64,000 bases of DNA, from assembly GCA_046314355.1 (NCBI GenBank), contig JBKBWQ010000001.1, forward strand, positions 1,152,001 through 1,216,000, read 5' to 3'. This DNA is from Candidatus Altimarinota bacterium. Lineage in GTDB: Bacteria; Patescibacteriota; Gracilibacteria; 1-14-2-50-48-13. A model generated the notes under the pieces. The model ran no database searches. It was not told where the DNA came from and worked only from the letters and a program-made list of their open reading frames with translations. Both the position numbers and the translations under genes were made by a program. Shown one piece after another: positions 56,480-64,000 of the stretch; position 1 is the stretch's first letter, and every line of letters begins with the position of its first letter.

Positions 56480-58354
56480 ATGGACACAAGACTTTGTCTT
56501 ACATATTTCTTAAGATTACTACTGCTCAGTATTATGTGCTGTAGTTTTTTCTCAATAAAAATTGTAAGTGCAATAGATAATGAAGTACAAAAAGAAAAGG
56601 ACTTTTTGATTCTACCTCAGGAGTTTTATAATACCGATGGTGGGTATGCATATACATATGCTCCATCTATAATTAAAGAAAACGACACATATCATGTATT
56701 TGCCTGTTCTCTTCCTAAGGATGAACAAGGTGGAAATCCTTATGGAGCTTGGGATTTTATAAGATATACAAAATCTATTGATAGCGGAAAAACTTGGAGT
56801 ACTCCTGTAATCAGTCTTAAATCAAAAATGAATGCACAAGGGATAGATAGATCCGCATGTGATCCAAGTGTAGTATATTACAAAGGATATTATTATATGT
56901 ACTACGGTTCTGTATATAGAACTGGTTACATAAACAATGTTCCTCAATACTATACTCATGTCCAAGTCGCCCGAGCTGAGCAAATAGAGGGACCATATCT
57001 GACTTATACAATGAATAATACCTGGGAATTTGAACCAAATGATCCAAAGCCGATCATATATCCATATTATAAGGAACCAAATCTGAATGGTGTACCTCTT
57101 GCAGGGGAGCAGTCACTGGGATATGGAGCAGGTCAGCCTACTGTACTTGTGAAGGATGATCAGCTCTATCTTTGGTATGTTGATACCTCACGTTCTGATA
57201 GAAAAGAATCCCCTGCTGCTTCTCTTAATCTTATCAAGTCAGATGACCCTGTAAATTGGGGAAATCTTTCTATTGATGGTAAGACCTGGTCGCCTAAAAA
57301 TGTAGCAAAACTTACGAGTGATGAAGCTCTTGAAATAGGTGAAATAAAATACGATGATATAAGAGGACTTTTTACTACTGTGGTGATACATGATAATCAT
57401 AATGTCTCATCTTCTCTTTGGATTACAGATTCTATAGACGGTGTACATTGGTCTAAGGCACGTATACTCACTCCTGCCGTAGCATTCCCAAATTTTTCTC
57501 ATAATATTGGAATGGAGGGAGATAGAACTGGTCATATTCGATCTGATAAACTTATGGTAGGATTTGGATCTGCGAAGGATTTTGATGCGCAAAGTGATAG
57601 GTGGGGTAACTGGGATCTCAAAGGCATCTTTGTCTCTTTAAAACAGCAGACAGTGTCTACTGGGGCATTGACTATGCTTGAATCGGAAAAGAATCTTCAG
57701 GAACAGTTGTCACATTCAGCAGTTCTAAAGGAGAGTGCTATGACCAAGCTTATTGATACAAATGTATTTCTAGATTCTGCAGTATTTGACTGGAAATATT
57801 ATACAGCTGCGTATCCCGATCTAAGATCTTTGACTGAGACTGAAGCACGATTTCACTGGAAAAATTACGGTTCTATAGAAGGACGAAATGCTCATTCAAA
57901 CTTTCTCGCACGCTACTATATACAATCGAATCCTGCTCTAGCCCGAATACTGCAGTGGAATCCTGATGATCTGAGCACTTATGCCCGGGCGATTCAGCAT
58001 TTTATTTTCTCAGGTAGATCACTAGGAAAGACTGGCACAAAGCAGGAACTTATAAATACGACGAGTATACTTGATCCAAAAGTTTTTAACTGGGAGTTTT
58101 ATACAAGAAAGCCTAAATACGAATCTCTTTATCTTGCAGATGCGGCAATTGTAACGAGAAATAGTGATTTGACATTTATGAATGAAGAGCAGGCAAAGAA
58201 TCACTGGATACATTTTGGTCTGTATGAAGGCAGACCATCTAGCCCTGAATTCTGGATCACAAGATATTTTGATCAGCATCCTGAACTGAGATCTGAGCTT
58301 GGAAGTACACCAAAGGATTATTTAAAATATGTTATGCATTTTATGCAAAGATAG
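56480..58354 (+). CDS. Secreted five-bladed beta-propeller glycoside-hydrolase-like protein (GH43-like) with C-terminal helical repeats
   Basis: Signal peptide; YAPSII, ACDPSVVYYKGYYYMYY and YGAGQP motifs; repeats F.W.YY...YPDL...HW..YG..EGR. Confidence 0.72.
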   Translation: MDTRLCLTYFLRLLLLSIMCCSFFSIKIVSAIDNEVQKEKDFLILPQEFYNTDGGYAYTYAPSIIKENDTYHVFACSLPKDEQGGNPYGAWDFIRYTKSIDSGKTWSTPVISLKSKMNAQGIDRSACDPSVVYYKGYYYMYYGSVYRTGYINNVPQYYTHVQVARAEQIEGPYLTYTMNNTWEFEPNDPKPIIYPYYKEPNLNGVPLAGEQSLGYGAGQPTVLVKDDQLYLWYVDTSRSDRKESPAASLNLIKSDDPVNWGNLSIDGKTWSPKNVAKLTSDEALEIGEIKYDDIRGLFTTVVIHDNHNVSSSLWITDSIDGVHWSKARILTPAVAFPNFSHNIGMEGDRTGHIRSDKLMVGFGSAKDFDAQSDRWGNWDLKGIFVSLKQQTVSTGALTMLESEKNLQEQLSHSAVLKESAMTKLIDTNVFLDSAVFDWKYYTAAYPDLRSLTETEARFHWKNYGSIEGRNAHSNFLARYYIQSNPALARILQWNPDDLSTYARAIQHFIFSGRSLGKTGTKQELINTTSILDPKVFNWEFYTRKPKYESLYLADAAIVTRNSDLTFMNEEQAKNHWIHFGLYEGRPSSPEFWITRYFDQHPELRSELGSTPKDYLKYVMHFMQR

Positions 58355-58488
58355 GTTTATTGCCTATGGATACTCTTCATGGTAAAATGATCAGAAGTAT
58401 TCATAAGATATTGTGTCAGATCATACTTTAGATAAAGAAAAATATGATCTTCACTAAAAATCTTCATTAAAATAAATAAAAAAACACA

Positions 58489-61400
58489 ATGCAGCTTTCG
58501 ACTGAGCAAAAAAAATACTCACTGGCAATTCTTGGAACCATACTTATAGCAGGTATTGTTCTCCTTCTGGATGACAATGGTGGACTGCTGCGATCAAGTG
58601 TTCTGTTTTCAGGTTCTGATTCCGAAGTGGTATACAATAATCCGCTTGAAGATAATTATGAAGAGAAAGCACCTTCATACGACATAGATTTAAATTCTCT
58701 TGAGAGCTCGCCTTATACTAAAATATACTCTTCCTCATCACTTGGGGCGGAAGGACAGCATATGCTAGCTGAAACGTCATCAGGAGCACTTGCAGTAGTT
58801 GGTAAGACAAATGTAAAGAACTTTAGAATTGCATACAATGAAGATAAGGATCCTCTCTCTGGACAAATGTCTTCTGCGCTTTTTCTAGCAAAAACCGCAT
58901 TTTTGACACAGGCAAAAAATGTATTTCCTGGGATTACTGTACCTGTAACGGAGACAGACAAGCTTCTTACTCATAAGATTGAGACTCTCAGCTTAGAGGA
59001 TTTTTTAAAGACCACTGCTTCAGGAGCTTTATTCTCTCCAGAGCCTGGAAAAATATCGATAGCATTGAATACTGCTTATACTTTTGACGCTGTTTCAAAT
59101 ACAGCAAACCACCTCACTGGTCCTCTAGTACAAACTGCAAGCGGTACTTATATCGTAAATGACGTAAGTACTGTACTTGCAAAGGAGAAGAATATTCCTC
59201 TCATTGCTCTTCAGAATCAGGAGGCGGTCAAGAAAGTAAAAGAAGTACTTCAGTCACAGTTTGTAAAACGGGGATTTTCAAGTACAGTTGCTCTTACGAA
59301 AACAGAAACACTTATTGCAGATCATATTTCCTTTGAGCTTGGAAGCAAAGTATCTTCTGTAGAGAATGGATATCTTGACCCTAAAACCTACGCAGAAGTT
59401 GCTGCTGCATCAATTTTGAAAATAAAAGAAATAGCACCTAAAGCTCAAATAGTTTTGAGCGTACCTGCGAACGCAAACGGTGACTGGTGGAACTGGGGTA
59501 CTCAATATAATCTCAAGGATCTTTTTCAGACGCTCACTGCGAGTACGCAGTACTCAAGTATCAAGAGTAACATAAAGGGATTATCTCTTTCATTGCCAAA
59601 TTATGAAAAGTGGAAAGAAAGTCTCCATTCTGTTCGAAGTATTGCTGATGCTCACGGCTTTGGAGGAACTCCTTTGTGGATCATCGGACAGGAAAAAAGC
59701 GGCAATTCTATGCAGAGTTTTGAGCAGGCAATGGTGACATTCAAGGGATTTCTTGAGCTGACTGGTAGAAAAGATGTGGCATATACAAGTATCTTTAGTC
59801 TCTTCGGTGATCTCGCTGGAGTAAATGTAAATGGACGCTGGTCTAATGATGCCGCACAAATAAAAGATCCCTTTTTAGCTTCACTTAAAACTGATACGGC
59901 TCGTGTCCTTCCGCTTGGAGTACTTAGTCAGATATTTCAGAAAACATTTTTCTCTGGAGAAAATTTTACAACAAAGCTCTTTAGAAGTTCAGAAGTACTT
60001 ACAGAGTTCTTTGGTCAAACGCAGGATGGTAAAAAACGTGGTTTGGTCATGAACCTTACTGATAGCCCTAAGACATACACTTTAAAGAATTCCGCGAAGC
60101 TGCAGGTGACAGAGGTAACGAATACAACTGCATCAGGATCACTTATAGATCAATTTGGGGCGTCAGCTGTACGAAATGTAAAAATAAAGGAGCCGTTTAT
60201 CTTCGGAGTGAATGGTCATCCGATGAATCAGGAGAGCTATAAACAAACCGGTGCACCTTCAATAACAGAAGGAGTACTTCTCACTGAGCAGCTTGACCGT
60301 ATTCAGGATATGGGACTCACATCATATAGAATTGATGTGGGACAACCAAATGCTGTTTTTGACCAGGCAGTACTTGAGGGAAAGAAAAGAGGAATCACTA
60401 TCCTCCCTGTTATTTTTCCTCCGGTAAACCTGGATGTTGAATCTGATCTCGCAAAGATAGAAAAAATTTCTCATGACTACGCATTGGATTTTGCAAAGAA
60501 ATATAAGGATGATATTCCTGTATGGGAATTGCACAATGAGATGGATAACTATACACAGCTCCGTAAAGGTGACATCGTAAACGGTCAGCCGTGGCCATGG
60601 GAAGCCTGGATGATCAATGGCGACACGAAAGAGCAACATGATGAAGGACGCAGTGCAAAAGTTGCTGCTATGATGAAAGGACTCACAAACGGTGTTCATG
60701 AAGCTGATCCGAAGCTTAAAACAACCATAGATGGCGGATGGCTTCACTTTGGATACATCCAGAGAATGGTGGATGCTGGTGTAAACTTCGACATTCTTTC
60801 TTGGCACTGGTACTCAAGCATGGGTGATATTACAAAAGTAAATGGTGCGGTCAACGCAGTTGCCGAGCTTGCTAAGTTTGGCAAGGATATCTGGATCACA
60901 GAAGGTAATAAATGGGGAGGAGATATGGGAGCAACTGGTGCTGAACAAGCTCAATATGCAAAAGACATCATGCTGCAGATGGTAAATCTTCCACAGGTAA
61001 AAGCTTATTACTTCTATGAACTCCTGGATGAACCCTATTTTGGAGAGACAAATCCTGAATCCCATTTTGGTCTTTTCCAGATGAAGAAAAGTGCACAGGG
61101 AACTTGGATTGTTGATAAGCCAAAACCTATAGTGGAAGTGATAAAAGCTACTACGAAACTGATACGTGAACAAGAATACCGACAAGTGCCTGGTAATGAG
61201 AGCTTTGAACTTGGTATGAATGGACATCCTTTTATACAGGAGGGATATAGTAACATTGGTGTTTCTGTAGAAGAGCAGATAGCACTTCTCAAGGAACTTG
61301 GTGCAAAAGCGTACAGACATACCGTCCCAAAATCAGATGAAGACTTTGATAAGCTTATTGCTGCTGCAAAGAAAGAAAATATTGAGCTCAAGCCAATCAT

Positions 61401-63432
61401 GTTTCCAGTTATGTTCCCAATTCTTGGACTGCCTGAAATGGACGCGAATGGTAATGAGATAAAAACAGCTGATGGATCAGTAAAAATTATGGACCCAGGA
61501 TACTATCTATGGAATAGTCCTGCCTCTAACTGGACTTCTTGGGAAAATATTACTCTTGAGCAGATTGAGCAAATATCCTATGACTATGCTTTCAATAAAG
61601 TAAGTAAGTATAAAAATGAAATACACGCTTGGGAGTTTCAGAATGAGCTAGAAAATTATGCGTTTCTGCAGCAAGGAGAACGTGATATTGAAGGTAAGCT
61701 TCTTGAAGTTCCAGGATGGCATTTAGATGGAAGCTTAAAGAAACATTACAATCAGACTAGATATGAGAGAGTGCGGGCAACAATGAGAGGTATGTCCCGG
61801 GGTGTACATGATGCAGATCCTACTGCAAAGCGTATCATAGATGCTGGATGGTTACATTTCGGATTCCTTGACCGCCTGACTGAGGATAATGTTGGGTTTG
61901 AAGTTATTGCGTGGCATTGGTACTCTAATATGGAGGCAAAAGATGATCCAAAAACTCCTCTAAAAGATGAGACAACTACTATTGTTAATGTAGGCGGTAC
62001 GATCAATGTGCCGCAGAAATTAAACTCTTATGGAAAAGAAGTATGGATCAATGAAGGAAACAGCGGATACACCGATGATGCAGTTATTGAGGAAAATCAG
62101 TCAAGATACCTGACAAATACACTTACACAACTTATAGGGCTCTATCCACAGATAAAGAAGTACTTTATCTATGAGCTCCTGAATGAACCGTATCTACTCA
62201 ACAGAATCGAAGCTGAGAGAAAGTTTGGTATTGTGGATATCGTCAAAGAAGGTGGAAGATGGGTGCTTGGTAAAAAGAAACTTTCATTTGCTGCAGTAGG
62301 AAATCTGATAAGAAATTATAGATTGCCGGAGAGTACGCTTCGTGACAAGTATCTTGCAGCGCTACGAATACAAGAGTTCCCTAAAATTAATAAATATACG
62401 ATCCTGCCGAATACAAAGGATAGTGTCATACTTACATTACCGCCAAAGAGTGCAGTCTTCCTCTCTGAGGATATGATAGAAACTAATTCTGAAGACCTAT
62501 TGCTTGGTAGTCAGGATATTATAAAGAATACAGCGAGCAGTTATCTTCCTTCTTTGGAAACAGCACCTCGCGTCTCTCCTGAGCCGCCTCAAGATCCTGT
62601 TGCAGTAAATGGAAACAGTAATGCGCAGAATGCCAATCTCAATCAGAATAAGACAAGTAATGGGAATGCACCAATTCTCAACACTAACCAAAATCTACCT
62701 AGCTCGGTGAATTTGAACCTAAATACTAATGCCCGTTCATCAGGATCGGTGACAAATTCAAGTACTGGAAGTTCGGGCGTATCATATGCCGGAGGAAGTG
62801 CTGCAAATGCAAACCAGAATCTAAAAGCATCAGCACCAGTAAGACAGAGTTCCTTTAAAGATATTACAGGACATTTCGCGAGTATATTTATTGATGAGCT
62901 TGCAGAGAAGGGTGTATTACAAGGCAGGGCTCCTGGGAAGTTTGATCCAAATGGCACATTAAATCGTGCGGAAAGCACTAAGGCTGTTGTGAAAGCATTT
63001 TACCCACAGCAGGATGAGGTCAAATTTACAGAACAATTCAAATCAGCACATAAAAACTATACCTACATGTACTTTAAAGATGTACCTCTCCAGATATGGT
63101 ATGCAGGGTTTGTAGGAATAGCTAAGGAGGCAGGTATCGTCTCTGGTATCGATGCACAGTTATTTGAACCAGCACGGTCTGCAAATCGTGCGGAAATACT
63201 CAAACTTCTTTTGACTGCAAAGAAAGTGAATGTGGATCTTCTCTCAAGAGAATTTATCAAAACAAACCGCGGATATTTCCGGGATGTCTCAAGTACAAGC
63301 TGGTATGCAAAATATGTGTATGCTGCTGCAAATCTTGAACTGATTGATAAGCGTACTGCCTTTGAACCCGCACGGTCTATGACACGTGGAGAATTTGCTA
63401 AAGTTCTTTCTTTATCTCTGAAAATAAAATAA
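58489..63432 (+). CDS. Giant surface protein with tandem clan GH-A glycoside hydrolase modules and C-terminal SLH domains
   Basis: N-terminal TM; two paralogous modules (G.NGHP, WE..NE, WHWY, WI.EGN, YELL.EP); Asn/Ser linker; SLH motifs (NRAES, NRAEI, TRGEF). Confidence 0.82.
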   Translation: MQLSTEQKKYSLAILGTILIAGIVLLLDDNGGLLRSSVLFSGSDSEVVYNNPLEDNYEEKAPSYDIDLNSLESSPYTKIYSSSSLGAEGQHMLAETSSGALAVVGKTNVKNFRIAYNEDKDPLSGQMSSALFLAKTAFLTQAKNVFPGITVPVTETDKLLTHKIETLSLEDFLKTTASGALFSPEPGKISIALNTAYTFDAVSNTANHLTGPLVQTASGTYIVNDVSTVLAKEKNIPLIALQNQEAVKKVKEVLQSQFVKRGFSSTVALTKTETLIADHISFELGSKVSSVENGYLDPKTYAEVAAASILKIKEIAPKAQIVLSVPANANGDWWNWGTQYNLKDLFQTLTASTQYSSIKSNIKGLSLSLPNYEKWKESLHSVRSIADAHGFGGTPLWIIGQEKSGNSMQSFEQAMVTFKGFLELTGRKDVAYTSIFSLFGDLAGVNVNGRWSNDAAQIKDPFLASLKTDTARVLPLGVLSQIFQKTFFSGENFTTKLFRSSEVLTEFFGQTQDGKKRGLVMNLTDSPKTYTLKNSAKLQVTEVTNTTASGSLIDQFGASAVRNVKIKEPFIFGVNGHPMNQESYKQTGAPSITEGVLLTEQLDRIQDMGLTSYRIDVGQPNAVFDQAVLEGKKRGITILPVIFPPVNLDVESDLAKIEKISHDYALDFAKKYKDDIPVWELHNEMDNYTQLRKGDIVNGQPWPWEAWMINGDTKEQHDEGRSAKVAAMMKGLTNGVHEADPKLKTTIDGGWLHFGYIQRMVDAGVNFDILSWHWYSSMGDITKVNGAVNAVAELAKFGKDIWITEGNKWGGDMGATGAEQAQYAKDIMLQMVNLPQVKAYYFYELLDEPYFGETNPESHFGLFQMKKSAQGTWIVDKPKPIVEVIKATTKLIREQEYRQVPGNESFELGMNGHPFIQEGYSNIGVSVEEQIALLKELGAKAYRHTVPKSDEDFDKLIAAAKKENIELKPIMFPVMFPILGLPEMDANGNEIKTADGSVKIMDPGYYLWNSPASNWTSWENITLEQIEQISYDYAFNKVSKYKNEIHAWEFQNELENYAFLQQGERDIEGKLLEVPGWHLDGSLKKHYNQTRYERVRATMRGMSRGVHDADPTAKRIIDAGWLHFGFLDRLTEDNVGFEVIAWHWYSNMEAKDDPKTPLKDETTTIVNVGGTINVPQKLNSYGKEVWINEGNSGYTDDAVIEENQSRYLTNTLTQLIGLYPQIKKYFIYELLNEPYLLNRIEAERKFGIVDIVKEGGRWVLGKKKLSFAAVGNLIRNYRLPESTLRDKYLAALRIQEFPKINKYTILPNTKDSVILTLPPKSAVFLSEDMIETNSEDLLLGSQDIIKNTASSYLPSLETAPRVSPEPPQDPVAVNGNSNAQNANLNQNKTSNGNAPILNTNQNLPSSVNLNLNTNARSSGSVTNSSTGSSGVSYAGGSAANANQNLKASAPVRQSSFKDITGHFASIFIDELAEKGVLQGRAPGKFDPNGTLNRAESTKAVVKAFYPQQDEVKFTEQFKSAHKNYTYMYFKDVPLQIWYAGFVGIAKEAGIVSGIDAQLFEPARSANRAEILKLLLTAKKVNVDLLSREFIKTNRGYFRDVSSTSWYAKYVYAAANLELIDKRTAFEPARSMTRGEFAKVLSLSLKIK

Positions 63433-63446
63433 TAGATATTCTTACT

Positions 63447-63480
63447 AAAAAGAGCAGATCCTTAGATCTGCTCTTTTTTT
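63447..63480 (+). terminator. Intrinsic terminator
   Basis: AAAAAGAGCAGATC-ctta-GATCTGCTCTTTTTT. Confidence 0.85.
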
Positions 63481-63613
63481 GAAATAATAGATATGTAAAA
63501 CAAAATTATGAGATGTATAGGTATTTACGTAAAAATGCACCTTCCAGGTACTTGTGTAAAATGAGGGGCTAATGGTACAATGGTATGATAGTCTTATACA
63601 TAAACAAACACAT

Positions 63614-64000
63614 ATGAACAAAGCAGGCAGGGTATCCCTTGCAGTAGGCGCGGTAGCAATTGTTGGAGTTGCTGCATTCGTGCTGGGAAATTACCTCTTA
63701 CCCGGAGGACTCTTCCAATCAGCTCTTATTTCACCAGTGGACACGGAAACGGTTATTGGTGACGGATTTGGACCACCGAGTGGAGTGAACTTTACGGTGA
63801 ATCCAAATTTGACCATAGACAATGGATCTATTGCCATGCCTAGTGTCTATGCAGGAAGCAGAGTAGATAATAACACAGCAAATGACGGATATCCTGACAG
63901 ATGGTATCCTAATCCTGATGCTACTTGGACATATCAGCTTCCTGAGGGACATCCAAATAAACCAATCATCAAGATCATAACAGATAGTCTCACTAGTAAA
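63614..64000 (+). CDS. Membrane-anchored/secreted protein, 3' partial
   Basis: MNKAGRVSLAVGAVAIVGVAAFVLGNYLLPGGLFQSALISP...; frame stays open to the window end; not in the ORF track. Confidence 0.75.
   Translation, partial: MNKAGRVSLAVGAVAIVGVAAFVLGNYLLPGGLFQSALISPVDTETVIGDGFGPPSGVNFTVNPNLTIDNGSIAMPSVYAGSRVDNNTANDGYPDRWYPNPDATWTYQLPEGHPNKPIIKIITDSLTSK

Overview
About 38% GC (estimated by eye) bacterial chromosomal segment, gene-dense and read with the standard code (table 11). It most likely comes from a Patescibacteria/CPR organism of the Gracilibacteria-Peregrinibacteria type. This is an inference from CPR-like 16S signature substitutions, an unlinked 16S gene, many SLH-domain surface proteins and mostly SD-less starts. 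Housekeeping genes include a DEAD-box helicase, uppP, lysS, era, rsmA, a CtpA protease, yraN, radC, an AlaX editing protein, murD and tRNA-Arg(CCT). A standalone 16S rRNA gene has its own promoter, processing stem and terminator. Most notable: (1) a pbpC - ECF sigma - Fn3 anti-sigma - SLH-anchored alpha-2-macroglobulin operon, with a signalling pair inside the classic PBP1C/A2M pair; (2) a MurL epimerase plus MurD(2) route to peptidoglycan D-Glu, split by a toxin-antitoxin insert; (3) several candidate host-exploitation modules: an NTT-like HEAT transporter with a His-rich loop, a flippase-like gene paired with an SLH/LolA-like protein, an effector-like phospholipase D, and a giant SLH protein with tandem glycoside hydrolases; (4) three small orphan genes that share an rRNA-type TTGACT-N16 promoter and a strong SD, whereas the other starts I inspected lack an SD. 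All family calls come from motif recognition by eye; no searches were run.
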